64,000 bases of DNA from Eledone cirrhosa (lineage: Eukaryota), in NCBI GenBank assembly GCA_964016885.1, contig OZ024740.1:420856001-420920000 (forward strand), read 5' to 3'. This document shows positions 26,371 to 42,699 of this stretch, piece by piece. Made by a program: the position numbers and the translations under genes. The notes under the pieces are model-generated. The model searched no databases. It saw nothing but the letters and a program-made list of their open reading frames with translations, and was not told the origin of the DNA. Each line of letters opens with the position of its first letter. Position 1 is the stretch's first letter.

Positions 26371-29300
26371 TTCCATACTTTACAATATATATTCCATACA
26401 TTACAATATATATTCCATACATTACAATATATATTCCATACTTTACAATATATATTCCATACATTACAATATATATTCCATACTTTACAATATATATTCC
26501 ATACTTTACAATATATATTCCATACTTTACATATATATTCTATACTTTACAATATATATTCCATACATTACAATATATATTCCATACATTACAATATATA
26601 TTCCATACTTTACAATATATATTCCATACATTACAATATATATTCCATACATTACAATATATATTCCATACATTACAATATATATTCCATACTTTACAAT
26701 ATATATTCCATACTTTACAATATATATTCCATACTTTACATATATATTCTATACTTTACAATATATATTCCATACATTACAATATATATTCCATACATTA
26801 CAATATATATTCCATACTTTACAATATATATTCCATACATTACAATATATATTCCATACATTACAATATATATTCCATACATTACAATATATATTCCATA
26901 CATTACAATATATATTCCATACTTTACAATATATATTCCATACTTTACAATATATATTCCATACATTACAATATATATTCCATACTTTACAATATATATT
27001 CCATACTTTACAATATATATTCCATACATTACAATATATATTCCATACTTTACAATATATATTCCATACATTACAATATATATTCCATACTTTACAATAT
27101 ATATTCCATACTTTACAATATATATTCCATACATTACAATATATATTCCATACATTACAATATATATTCCATACATTACAATATATATTCCATACATTAC
27201 AATATATATTCCATACATTACAATATATATTCCATACTTTACAATATATATTCCATACTTTACAATATATATTCCATACATTACAATATATATTCCATAC
27301 TTTACAATATATATTCCATACATTACAATATATATTCCATACTTTACAATATATATTCCATACTTTACAATATATATTCCATACTTTACAATATATATTC
27401 CATACTTTACAATATATATTCCATACATTACAATATATATTCCATACTTTACAATATATATTCCATACTTTACAATATATATTCCATACATTACAATATA
27501 TATTCCATACTTTACAATATATATTCCATACATTACAATATATATTCCATACTTTACAATATATATTCCATACTTTACAATATATATTCCATACTTTACA
27601 ATATATATTCCATACTTTACAATATATATTCCATACATTACAATATATATTCCATACATTACAAGATATATTCCATACTTTACAATATATATTCCATATT
27701 TTACAATATATATTCCATACTTTACAATATATATTCCATACTTTACAATATATATTCCATACATTACAATATATATTCCATACATTACAATATATATTCC
27801 ATACTTTACAATATATATTCCATACATTACAAGATATATTCCATACTTTACAATATATATTCCATACATTACAAGATATATTCCATACTTTACAATATAT
27901 ATTCCATACTTTACAATATATATTCCATATTTTACAATATATATTCCATACTTTACAATATATATTCCATACATTACAATATATATTCCATACTTTACAA
28001 TATATATTCCATACTTTACAATATATATTCCATACTTTACAATATATATTCCATACTTTACAATATATATTCCATACTTTACAATATATATTCCATACTT
28101 TACAATATATATTCCATACTTTACAATATATATTCCATACTTTACAATATATATTCCATACATTACAATATATATTCCATACATTACAATATATATTCCA
28201 TACATTACAATATATATTCCATATTTTACAATATATATTCCATACATTACAATATATATTCCATACATTACAATATATATTCCATACTTTACAATATATA
28301 TTCCATACTTTACAATATATATTCCATATTTTACAATATATATTCCATACATTACAATATATATTCCATACATTACAATATATATTCCATACTTTACAAT
28401 ATATATTCCATACTTTACAATATATATTGCATATTTTACAATATATATTCCATACATTACAATATATATTCCATACATTACAAGATATATTCCATACTTT
28501 ACAATATATATTCCATACATTACAATATATATTCCATACTTTACAATATATATTCCATACATTACAATATATATTCCATACATTACAATATATATTCCAT
28601 ACTTTACAATATATATTCCATACTTTACAATATATATTCCATACTTTACAATATATATTCCATACATTACAATATATATTCCATACTTTACAATATATAT
28701 TCCATACTTTACAATATATATTCCATACATTACAATATATATTCCATACTTTACAATATATATTCCATACATTACAATATATATTCCATACATTACAATA
28801 TATATTCCATACATTACAATATATATTCCATACTTTACAATATATATTCCATACTTTACAATATATATTCCATACATTACAAGATATATTCCATACTTTA
28901 CAATATATATTCCATACATTACAATATATATTCCATACTTTACAATATATATTCCATACATTACAATATATATTCCATACATTACAATATATATTCCATA
29001 CATTACAATATATATTCCATACTTTACAATATATATTCCATACATTACAATATATATTCCATACATTACAATATATATTCCATACTTTACAATATATATT
29101 CCATACTTTACAATATATATTCCATACATTACAATATATATTCCATACTTTACAATATATATTCCATACATTACAATATATATTCCATACTTTACAATAT
29201 ATATTCCATACATTACAATATATATTCCATACATTACAATATATATTCCATACATTACAATATATATTCCATACTTTACAATATATATTCCATACTTTAC

Positions 29301-31043
29301 AATATATATTCCATACATTACAATATATATTCCATACTTTACAATATATATTCCATACATTACAATATATATTCCATACATTACAATATATATTCCATAC
29401 ATTACAATATATATTCCATACTTTACAATATATATTCCATACTTTACAATATATATTCCATACATTACAAGATATATTCCATACATTACAATATATATTC
29501 CATACTTTACAATATATATTCCATACATTACAATATATATTCCATACATTACAATATATATTCCATACATTACAATATATATTCCATACTTTACAATATA
29601 TATTCCATACTTTACAATATATATTCCATACATTACAAGATATATTCCATACATTACAATATATATTCCATACTTTACAATATATATTCCATACATTACA
29701 ATATATATTCCATACTTTACAAGATATATTCCATACATTACAAGATATATTCCATACATTACAATATATATTCCATACTTTACAATATATATTCCATACA
29801 TTACAATATATATTCCATACATTACAATATATATTCCATACTTTACAATATATATTCCATACATTACAATATATATTCCATACTTTACAATATATATTCC
29901 ATACTTTACAATATATATTCCATACTTTACAATATATATTCCATACTTTACAATATATATTCCATACATTACAATATATATTCCATACTTTACAATATAT
30001 ATTCCATACATTACAAGATATATTCCATACTTTACAATATATATTCCATACTTTACAATATATATTCCATACTTTACAATATATATTCCATACTTTACAA
30101 TATATATTCCATACTTTACAATATATATTCCATACTTTACAATATATATTCCATACTTTACAATATATATTCCATACTTTACAATATATATTCCATACAT
30201 TACAATATATATTCCATACTTTACAATATATATTCCATACATTACAAGATATATTCCATACTTTACAATATATATTCCATACTTTACAATATATATTCCA
30301 TACTTTACAATATATATTCCATACTTTACAATATATATTCCATACTTTACAATATATATTCCATACTTTACAATATATATTCCATACTTTACAATATATA
30401 TTCCATACTTTACAATATATATTGCATATTTTACAATATATATTGCATATTTTACAATATATATTCCATACATTACAAGATATATTCCATACTTTACAAT
30501 ATATATTCCATACTTTACAATATATATTCCATACATTACAATATATATTCCATACATTACAATATATATTCCATACTTTACAATATATATTCCATACTTT
30601 ACAATATATATTCCATACATTACAATATATATTGCATATTTTACAATATATATTCCATACTTTACAATATATATTCCATACTTTACAATATATATTGCCA
30701 TCCTCTAATCATCTTTCAATGCTCTATTCTTCTGGGGCCATGTGTCTTGGAGGAAGGAGGTTAAAAAAGCATTGAAGTCCTGTGTTTAGAACTGATTCTC
30801 TGGAACTGATTCTCTGCAACAAAGTTTGAATAATCAACTTGGACTTTACCATCATGTGCTTGTTGGTGTGACTTCAAGCCAGCATTCAAAAGGCACACTC
30901 TAGGGCACACAGGGCATTTGAAAACTAATGCTGGATAAGATTAAGCATTATTACTGTTGATCTCATTCTTCCCCGCACTTTTCTTTTCAGTTCTGCATGT
31001 TTTACCCTCTCTATTTCAAATGCTTTATATATATATATATATA

Positions 31044-31320
31044 TATCATCATCATCATCATCATCATTTAACATCCATCTTCCATGTGAAAGTGGGTTAG
31101 ACAGGTTTGTCCCATTTAGAAGCAAGTTGGGTCAGGTGACCGTGTCTCACTCATACAAAACTGATTCTGGCTTGGTTTCTATAGCTGGATGCCCTTCCTA
31201 ATGCCAACCTCATTTACAGTGAGTACTAAGTACTTTTTGTCGTGACGCCTACACGACCACTTTACAGTGTGGGTTGGGGCTTCACTGGATGCATTTACTT
31301 TGGCCTGTCCTCATGGATGT
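31044..31320 (-). mobile_element. Diverged RTE 3'-UTR fragment
   Basis: (ATC)n tail next to (TA)n; contains ggatgcccttcctaatgccaacc. Confidence 0.85.
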
Positions 31321-31333
31321 GTATATATATATA

Positions 31334-31385
31334 TATCATCATCATTGTTTTCATGTCCGCTTTTCCATGCTTGCAAGGGTTGGAT
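31334..31385 (-). mobile_element. Very short RTE 3' end
   Basis: atcatcatcattgttttcatgtccgcttttccatgcttgcaagggttgga. Confidence 0.75.
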
Positions 31386-31716
31386 ATCTATACAAATAGT
31401 TTAATGTTTCGATAATAGTATTGTGTGTAAGTAGTATTGTAGTTTCAAGTGACACAAGACATTTGAATAGCTCTTTACAGATTGTTCTATATTTTGGAGA
31501 ATGTAATTTAGTAAATATGTTTTCCCACAACTGTTGATCATTGGTACTGGGTTAAAGAGTACAATAATTATCATTAATTTACTCTCAACTGTGGAGTGTT
31601 AGTGGTGGGTTTAGGAAGTGACTGGGACATCAAAGTTATTGGTTGATGTGTCTTGGGAAGAAATAACTGGGATGCTACAGGCATGGAATATAAATAGATG
31701 ATACATGCTAAATGAC

Positions 31717-32040
31717 ATCATCATCATTGTCAACATCGTTTAACGTCCATTTCTGGAACGACATTCTTCATCATCATCATCGTTTAATGTCCATTTTTGG
31801 AATCACATTCGTCGTCGTCATCATCATTATCACTATCGTTTAATGTCCAGTTCTGGAACCACATTCTTCATCATCATCATTCTCATCATTGTTTAACATC
31901 CATTTTTCCATGCGTGCATGACCCAACCAGTTCATTCCACATCTTTTCAGAACATTCATCACTGGTTCTATTCCTCAACACATGACCCAACCATCTCATT
32001 CCACATCTCTTCACAACATTCATCATTGGTTCTATTGTTA
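31717..32040 (-). repeat. Degenerate tandem repeats of an RTE 3' end plus a duplicated old LINE coding fragment
   Basis: catc..gtttaa(c/t)gtcca..tggaa.cacattc occurs about 4 times; a 64-bp duplication encodes RCGMRWLGHVLR. Confidence 0.65.
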
Positions 32041-33015
32041 TCACATGAAATACAGAAATATCATTATACATTACACCTTAAAGAGGTTATAATAAACAGG
32101 TTAGGAGTATAAAGTAAGTTGTTGGATGGTTTTCTGGAGTTTTCTTTAGATTCCACAGAGAATGGTTTAAGTATAAAAGGAAATTACAGATACAAACTGG
32201 AATTTGAAATTGGTTCTTCTTCTTTGATCTTTGAGATCTATATTATCCTTTAGGTCATGTTGATATTTCAAATACCATATTCTATGGAAGCCACTGGCAT
32301 CAAAAGGGCCGAACTACATTAGAAGTATAATTTTAACTAAATTACTGTTTCATGTCTTTTACATTGAAATTCAGCAAATGTTGGCATTCTTTGTTCACCT
32401 TCCCAGAATCAATAAAAATAAGTAGAATATATAAGGTGTATCAATATAATATATATTAGGTTTATCAATATAATATATAAGGTGTATCAATATAATATAT
32501 ATTAGGTTTATCAATATAATATATAAGGTGTATCAATATAATATATAAGGTGTATCAATATAATATATAAGGTGTATCAATATAATATATAAGGTGTATC
32601 AATATAATATATATTAGGTTTATCAATATAATATATAAGGTGTATCAATATAATATAAAGGTGTATCAATATATATATATAAGGTGTATCAATATAATAT
32701 AAAGGTGTATCAATATAATATAAAGGTGTATCAATATATATATATATATATATAAGGTGTATCAATATATATATATACCGGTGTATCAATATATATATAA
32801 GGTGTATCAATATATATATAAGGTGTATCAATATAATATAAAGGTGTATCAATATAATATAAAGGTGTATCAATATAATATACAGGTGTATCAATATATA
32901 TATAAAGTGTATCAATATATATATAAAGTGTATCAATATAATATAAAGGTGTATCAATATAATATAAAGGTGTATCAATATATATATAAAGGTGTATCAA
33001 TATATATATATAAGG

Positions 33016-33764
33016 TGTTGTTTACTCGAGAGAAGGCTACGTTGGTACGGTCACGTGATGCGCATGAAAGACGACAGCTGTATAACAAAGTGCAGGGCAA
33101 TAAAGATAGACGGTAGCCACGGAGTAGGCAGACCCAGAAAAACATGGGACGAGCTGATAAATTCCGACCTCACACGCTTACACCTCTCCAAGACAATGTC
33201 ACTGGACCGAGACCTTTGGCGGTACTCAGTAATAGAGAAGACCCGCCTTACCTAAATACAAAGTAAAAACCTACTACAGTCAGTAGGCATCTCTATCAAA
33301 ACAGCCCCCCATCCCACCACCTCCACCCCATCCACACCGCCCCTTTCAATGTACAGTTATGTTGGTCCCACAACATCCAGGCCGAAACAAATGAGATCGT
33401 GTAGGTGTCACGACAAAAAACACACAGTCCACGCTGTAAATGTGGCCGTGTAGGCAACACGTTAAAAACCTCCCAGCCCCACACTGTAAATGTGGTTGGT
33501 GTTAGGAAGGGCATCCAGCTGTAGAAAACCCGCCAGACAGTCCACGCTGTAATGTGGCCGTGTAGGCAACACGGTAAAAACCTCCCAGCCCCACACTGTA
33601 AATGTGGTTGGTGTTAGGAAGGGCATCCAACTGTAGAAAACCCGCCAGACAGTCCTATGCGAGCAAGACAATCACTCTTGCCTCAAGTGGGAAAACCCCA
33701 CGTCCAAACCCATGCAAGCGTGGAACATGGACGCTAAACCTGATGATGATGATGATGATGATGA
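33016..33764 (+). mobile_element. 5'-truncated RTE with a ~113-bp tandem duplication in the 3' UTR
   Basis: Encodes [16 protein letters not shown]...; acagtccacgctgtaa occurs at 33424 and 33537. Confidence 0.95.
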
Positions 33765-34003
33765 AGGTGTATCAATATATATATATATAAGGTGTATCAA
33801 TATAATATAAGGTGTATCAATATATATATATATAAGGTGTATCAATATAATATAAGGTGTATCAATATATATATAAGGTGTATCAATATATATATAAGGT
33901 GTATCAATATATATATATAAAGTGTATCAATATATATATAAAGTGTATCAATATATATATATATAAGGTGTATCAATATAATATAAAGTGTATCAATATA
34001 TAT

Positions 34004-35177
34004 AAAGGTGTAGGTAGGAACTCCATCCTCTGCCCCAAATGCAAACAATGGGTACACAAGAGATGTAGCGGGATCTCAGGAAGCTTAATTAAGAATGTAG
34101 GCTTCACATGCAGCAGCTGTGCTGGGACAGCAAGCAGCAAACAGCCACAGGAAACAAGTACCACCAATCTCTGGGAGGGCTCTGTAGAAACAGTAGACAG
34201 CTTCTGCTACCTAGGTGACCGAATTAGCAGCGGAGGTGGGGGTTCAGAAAGTACAAAAACTAGGGTAAGAACGGGATGGAAGAAGTTTAGGGAACTACTA
34301 CCACTGCTAGCTGCAAAAGGCTTCTCCCTCAGAATGAAAGGCAGACTGTATGATGCGTGTATCCGAACAGCGATGTTGCATGGTAGTGAGACCTGGGCGC
34401 TGAAGGTGGAAGACTTACGTAGATTAGAGAGAAACGAAGCCTGCATGCTCCGATGGATGTGTAACAGTAATATACGTGAACGACAAAGCATAAAGGAATT
34501 GAGAGAGAGACTGAGCATAAGAGGAATCAAATGCTGTGTGCAGGAGAGGCGGTTGCGCTGGTATGGACATGTGATGCGTATGAAGGATGACAGCTGCATA
34601 AAAAGGTGCAGAGCACTAGAAGTCGATGGAAACCGCGGAGTGGGAAGACCAAAGATGACCTGGGATGAGGTGATAAAAGCCGACTTTACCCAATTACACC
34701 TCTCAAAGGCAATGACACACGACCGTGACCTCTGGCGTCACACAGTAATACAGAGTACCCGACCCCCCATGGGTACAAGCTGAAGCATATAGACAATATG
34801 CCCCCACACCCCCCACCGCAAGATAGTCGTGGAGGTGCCACGGCAAAAAAGCACCCAGCCCACACTGTAAAGTGGACGTGTAGGCGCCACGAAAAAGCAC
34901 CCAGCACTCACTGTAAAGTGGACGTGTAGGCACCACGAAAAAGCACCCAGCACTCACTGTAAAGTGGACGTGTAGGCACCACGAAAAAGCACCCAGCACT
35001 CACTGGAAATGAGGTTGGTGTTAGGAAGGGCATCCAGCTGTAGAAATCAAGCCAAATCAGTTCCTGTATGAGCAAGGCATGGTCAGCCGACCAGACACTG
35101 CCCACAACAGGACAACCCGTCTAACCCAAGCTAGCATGGAAGAACGGACGTAAAACGGTGATGATGATGATGATGAT
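34004..35177 (+). mobile_element. 5'-truncated RTE, divergent subfamily 2
   Basis: Open frame KGVGRNSILCPKC...YLG...RWYGHVMR with a stop at 34783. The 3' UTR has 46-bp tandem repeats and a (GAT)n tail. Confidence 0.95.
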
Positions 35178-35274
35178 ATAAAGTGTATCAATATATATAT
35201 AAGGTGTATCAATATAATATATCATATACTGTAGCTCATCCCTTTATTGAACACAGCCAGATTGCTGAGGCTAA

Positions 35275-35315
35275 ACACACACACATGCATAAACACATAC
35301 ATGCATACACACACA

Positions 35316-35358
<43 letters not shown>

Positions 35359-35580
35359 GCACACACACAGCCACATCATACATGCACACACATACACCAC
35401 ACACATATGTACACACACACACCATACACATATATACATACATATACATACGTACACACACACACACACATACAGACATACGCACATGTACAAATGCACA
35501 AATGCATCACACATACTCACCTCACACCACACAGACATACACACATACATACACCACGCACACATACACACACAAACACA
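35275..35580. repeat. Degenerate (CA)n
   Basis: Direct reading. Confidence 0.9.
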
Positions 35581-35682
35581 AAAGGAATGATGATTTCTAA
35601 GTTGGGAAGAAAAGGAGATATTTTCAAGACAGAACAGAGAGAGAGAGATATAGTTGATATAATCAACTCTATATATATCTCT

Positions 35683-38600
35683 CACCAACAACAACACCAC
35701 CACCACCACCACCACCAACAACAACAACAGCACCACCAACAACAACAGCACAACCACCAACAACAACAACAGCACCACCAACAACAACAGCACAACCACC
35801 AACAACAACAACAGCACCACCAACAACAACAGCACAACCACCACCACCAACAACAACAACAGCACCACCAACAACAACAGCACAACCACCACCAACAACA
35901 ACAACAACAGCACCACCAACAACAACAGCACAACTACCACCAACAACAACAACAACAGCACCACCAACAACAACAGCACAACCACCACCACCAACAACAA
36001 CAGCACCACCAACAACAACAGCACCACCACCACCACCAACAACAACAACAGCACCACCAACAACAACAGCACCACCACCACCAACAACAACAGCACCACC
36101 AACAACAATAGCAACAACCACCACCACCAACAACAACAACAGCACCACCAACAACAACAGCACAACCACCACCACCACCAACAACACCCACAACAGCACC
36201 ACCAACAACAGCACCACTACCACAACAACACCACCAACAACAGCACCACCAACAACAGCAACACTACCACAACAACAACAACACCACCAACAACAGCACC
36301 ACAACAACAACACCACCAACAACAGCACCACAACACCAACACCACCAACAACAGCACCACCAACAACAGCACCACCAACAACAGCACCACCAACAACAGC
36401 AGCAACAACAACAGCAGCACCAACAACAGCACCACTACCACAACAACAACACCACCACCAACAACAGCACCACAACAACAACACCACCAACAACAGCACC
36501 ACAACACCAACACCACCAACAACAGCACCACAACAACAGCACCACTACCACAACAACAACACCACCAACAACAGCACCACTACAACACCACCACCAACAA
36601 CAGCACCACCAACAACAGCACCACTACCACAACAACAACACCACCAACAACAGCACCACAACAACACCACAACAACAACACCACCAACAACAGCACCACC
36701 ACCAACAACAGCACCACAACAACAGCACCACAACAACAGCACCACTACCACAACAACAACACCACCACAACAACACCACAACAACACCACCAACAACAGC
36801 ACCACAACAACAGCACCACTACCACAACAACAGCACCACAACAACAGCACCACTACCACAACAACAACACCACCAACAACAGCACCACTACAACACCACC
36901 ACCAACAACAGCACCACCAACAACAGCACCACCCACAACAACACCACCAACAACAACAACACCACCAACAACAGCACCACCAACAACAGCACCACAACAA
37001 CACCAACAACAGCACCACCAACAACAGCACCACCAACAACAGCACCACAACAACACCACCAACAACAGCACCACCAACAACAACACCAACACCACAACAG
37101 CACCACCACAACAACACCACCACAACAACACCACCAACAACAACACCACCAACAACAGCACCACCAACACCACCACAACAACACCACCACAACAACACCA
37201 CCAACAACAGCACCACCAACAACAGCACCACAACAACACCACAACAACAACACCACCAACAACAGCACCACACCAACACCACCAACAACAGCACCACCAA
37301 CAACAGCACCACAACAACACCACAACAACAACACCACCAACAACAGCACCACCAACAACAGCACCACAACACCACCAACAACAACACCACCAACAACAGC
37401 ACCACAACAACACCACCAACAACAGCACCACCAACAACAACAACACCACAACAGCACCAACAACAACACCACCACAACAACACCACCAACAACAACACCA
37501 CCAACAACAGGACCACTACCACAACAGCACCACAACCACAACACCACCAGAACAACAACACCACCACCAACAACACCACTACAACAACACCACCAACAAC
37601 AACACCACAACAGCACCACCACAACAACAACACCACCAACAACAACACCACCAACAACAACACCAACACCACAACAACAGCACCACAACCAACAACACCA
37701 CCACCAACAACACCACCAACAACAGCACCACCAACAACAACAACACCACCACCAACAACAACACCACCAACAACAGCAGCACCACCAACAACACCACCAC
37801 AACACCACCACCACCAACAACACCACCAACAACACCAACAACACCACCAACAACACCACTACCACAACAACACCACCAACAACAGCACCACCACAACAAC
37901 ACCACCAACAACAACAACACCACCAACAGCACCACAACAACAACACCACCACAACACCACCACCAGCAACACCACCAGAACAACAACAACACCACCAACA
38001 ACACCACCACCACAACACCACCACAACAACACCACCAACAACAACACCACAACAGCACCACCACAACAACACCACCACAACAACAACACCACCAACAACA
38101 GCACCACAACAACAACAGCACCACCACAACAACACCACCACCAACAGCACCACCAACAACAGCACCACCAACAACAACACCACCAACAACAACACCACCA
38201 ACAACAACACCACCAACAACACCACCAACAACAGCACCACCAACACCAGCACCACCAACAACAGCACCACCAACACCAGCACCACCAACAACAGCACCAC
38301 CAACAACAGCACCACCAACACCAGCACCACCAACACCAGCACCACCAACAACAGCACCACCAACAACAGCACCACCACCAACAGCACCACCAACAACAGC
38401 ACCACCAACAACAGCACCACCAACAACAACACCACCACAACAACACCACCAACAACAACACCAACAACAGCACCACCAACAACAGCACCACCAACACCAG
38501 CACCACCAACACCAGCACCACCAACACCAGCACCACCAACAACAGCACCACCAACAACAACACCACCAACAACAACACCACCAACAACAACACCACCAAC

Positions 38601-41600
38601 AACACCACCAACAACAACACCACCAACAACAGCACCACCAACACCAGCACCACCAACACCAGCACCACCACCAACACCAGCACCACCAACAACACCACCA
38701 CCACCAACAACAACACCACCACAACAACACCACCAACAACACCACCAACAACAACACCACCAACACCAGCACCACCAACACCAACAACACCACCAACAAC
38801 ACCACCACCACCAACAACAACACCACCAACAGCACCACCAACAACAGCACCACCAACAACAACACCACCAACAACACCACCAACAACAGCACCACCAACA
38901 ACAGCACCACCAACAACAACACCACCAACACCAGCACCACCAACACCAACAACACCACCAACAACACCACCACCACCAACAACAACACCACCAACAGCAC
39001 CACCAACAACAGCACCACCAACAACAGCACCACCAACAACAACACCACCAACACCAGCACCACCAACACCAACAACACCACCAACAACACCACCACCACC
39101 AACAACAACACCACCAACAGCACCACCAACAACAACACCACCAACAACACCACCACCACCAACAACAACACCACCAACACCAGCACCACCAACACCAGCA
39201 GCACCACCAACACCAGCACCACCACCAACACCAGCACCACCACCAACAACACCACCACCACCAACAACAACACCACCAACAACACCACCAACAACAACAC
39301 CACCAACAACACCACCAACAACAGCACCACCAACAACAGCACCACCAGCACCACCAACACCAGCACCACCACCAACACCAGCACCACCACCAACAACACC
39401 ACCACCACCAACAACAACACCACCAACAGCACCACCAACAACAGCACCACCAACAACAACACCACCAACACCAGCACCACCAACACCAGCACCACCAACA
39501 ACAACACCACCAACAACAACACCACCAACAACACCACCAACAACAGCACCACCAACAACAGCACCACCAACAACAGCACCACCAACACCAGCACCACCAA
39601 CACCAGCACCACCACCAACACCACCACCACCACCAACAACACCACCACCACCAACAACACCACCACCAACAACACCACCACCAACACCACCACCACAAAC
39701 AACAGTACCACCAACAACAGCACCACCACCACAACACAACACCACCACCACAACACCACCACCACAACACCACCACCACAACAACAACACCACCACAACA
39801 ACACCACCACCAACACCACCACCAACAACAGCACCACCAACAGCACCACCACCACCACCACAACAACACCACCACAACAACAACACCACCACAACAACAA
39901 CACCACCACAACAACACCACAGCAACAGAACCACCCACAACAACAACAGCACCACAACAACAACACCACCACAACAACAGCACCACAACAACAACACCAC
40001 CACAACAACACCACCACAACAACACCACCACAACAACACCACCACCACAACAACACCACCACAACAACACCACCACAACAACACCACAGCAACAGCACCA
40101 CCAACAAACACCACAACAACAGCACCACAACAACAGCACCACAACAACAGCACCACAACAACAGCACCACAACAACACCACCACCAACAACAGCAACACC
40201 AACAACACCACAACAACAACACCACCACAACAGCACCACCAACAACAACACCACCACCACAACAACAGCACCACCACCAACAACAACAACACCACCAACA
40301 ACAGCACCACCAACAACAACAGCAACAACACCACCAACAACAACAACAACACCACCAACAACAGCAGCAACACCACAACACCACCACAACAACAACAACA
40401 CCACCAACAACAACACCACAACAACACCACCACCACAACACCACCACCACCACCACAACAACACCACCACCACAACAACAGCACCACCACAACAACACCA
40501 CCACCACAACAACAGCACCACCACAACAACAGCACCACCAACAACAGCACCACCAACAACAACACCACAACACCACCACCACCACAACAACACCACCACC
40601 ACAACAACACCACCACCACAACAACACCACCAACAACAACACAACAACACCACCACCACCACAACAACACCACCACCACAACAGCACCACCAACAACAAC
40701 ACCACAACAACACCACCACCACCACAACAACACCACCACCACCACCACAACAACACCACCACCACAACAACACCACCAACAACAACACCACAACAACACC
40801 ACCACAACAACACCACCAACACCACAACAACACCACCACCACAACACCACCACCACCACAACAACAGCACCACCACAACAACAGCACCACCAACACCACC
40901 ACCACCACAACACCACCACCACAACAACAGCATCACCAACAACAGCACCACCAACAACACCACCACCCACAACACCACCCACAACAACACCACCACCACT
41001 ACAACAACACCACCAACAACAACAACAACACCACCACCACCACAACACCACCACCACCACAACACCACCACAACACCACCACCACCACAACAACACCACC
41101 ACCACCAACAACAACACCACCCACAACAACACCTCCCACAACAACACCACCCACAACAACACCACCCACAACAACACCACCAACAACACCACCACAACAA
41201 CAACAACACCACAACAACATCACCATCACAACACCACCACCAACAGCACCACCACCACAACACCACCACCACAACACCACCACCACAACACCACCACAAC
41301 ACCACCACCACCACAACAACACCACCACAACACCACCACCACAACAACACCACCACAACAACACCACCACAACAACACCACCACAACAACACCACCACAA
41401 CACCACAACAACACCACCACAACAACAGCACAACAACAACAACAGCACAACAACAACACCACCACAACACCAACACCACACCAATACCACCACCACCACA
41501 ACAACAACACCACAACAACAGCACAACAACAACACCACCACAACAACAACACCAACACCACCACAACACCAACACCACCACAACACCAACACCACCACAA

Positions 41601-41850
41601 CAACACCACCACAACAACAACACCACAACAACAACACAACAACAACAGCACAACAACAACAGCAGCACAACAACAACACCACCACAACACCACCACAACA
41701 CCAATACCACCACCACCAATAGCACCAGCAGCAGCACCAACACCACCACCACCGCATGTACCACCACCAACAACAACAACACCTCCACCAATACCACCAC
41801 CACCACCATCACCAGCACCACCACCACCACCATCACCAGCATCATCATCA
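35683..41850. repeat. ~6.2-kb complex (CAA/CAC/CAG) triplet array
   Basis: Almost no T on the + strand; frequent phase slips. Confidence 0.98.
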
Positions 41851-41887
41851 TTGTTTTACATCCACACATGGGTTGAACCATTGTATT

Positions 41888-42190
41888 AATAATAATTATT
41901 GTTTCTACTTTTGGCACAAGGCCAGCAATTACCTAGTGTATTACTGGTACTTTATTTTATCGACCCCGTAAGGATGAAAGGCAAAGTTAACCTCTATTAT
42001 TAATAATAATAATACTTTCTGATTTAGGTGCAAGGCCAACAATTTTGGGGGTAGGGAAAGTTGATTAAATCTGCTCCAGTTCATTACTGGTATTCGATAT
42101 TATCGACCCCGTAAGGATGAAAGGCAAAGTTAACCTCAGAGGGCTTTGAACTCAGAACGTAAAGGGCCATAACTATGCCGCAAAGCATAT
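41888..42190 (-). mobile_element. SINE family 1 (one fragment plus one copy)
   Basis: atcgaccccgtaaggatgaaaggcaaagttaacctc occurs twice. Confidence 0.88.
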
Positions 42191-42699
42191 ATAGTTCTCT
42201 AAAAAATGATTAAATGTTATATTTGAGAGAGACTTGATAGTTATTGGTTATCTGGTTAATATCAAAATATCTGACTGTATACACTCTGTTTTAATTGATC
42301 TGGGTTGATGAATATTGATTCCTAATATTGATTATCTCTTCATAATCAATAAAGAAGCCATATTAATGTATTTGTGTCACTATAATGAACTAAATTCTCT
42401 CTCTTTTGTCTACAAAACCTCTGCCATTGTGCTATAGGAAGTAGCTACTATTACTACATCTCTTTACTGTCAATAGAGAAACTGTTGTTTAAGGTCAATA
42501 CTGATCAAGGTGAACCATTGTTAAAAGCATTCCTGCCATGCCCCTCTCCTCTTGTTAGAGCTATGCAAATACTATATTATTTAATGGGCCCTTCCCTTAC
42601 TTAGGATGATAGGGTATGATCTGAGGGAGATTTTGGCTGCTATTTTTACCACGTTCAATGACCACATATAAGATCCTGTAGTGGCATGTCAGTTATTGG

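Larger units (their letters stand above)
24172..30697 (+). repeat. 21-bp minisatellite caatatatattccatac(a/t)tta (~220 copies) split by an RTE
   Basis: About 16 units at 24172-24517 and about 205 units at 26371-30697. Confidence 0.98.
32425..35222 (+). repeat. ~21-24-bp minisatellite aaggtgtatcaatat(a)atatat split by two RTE insertions
   Basis: Units at 32425-33017, 33764-34012 and 35177-35222. Confidence 0.95.

Noticed and set aside
26371-30697. Binary cat/ctt variant pattern as an information code
   Set aside because: Ordinary minisatellite variant interspersion explained by slippage and conversion.
26355-30775. 1469-, 1321- and 782-aa heptad-repeat ORFs
   Set aside because: They are translations of a 21-bp minisatellite; the ATG comes from the RTE (GAT)n tail.
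35236-41971. Poly-V/C/W/Q/H ORFs, mucin-like appearance
   Set aside because: Triplet array with frequent phase slips, open in several frames and without unique flanking coding sequence.
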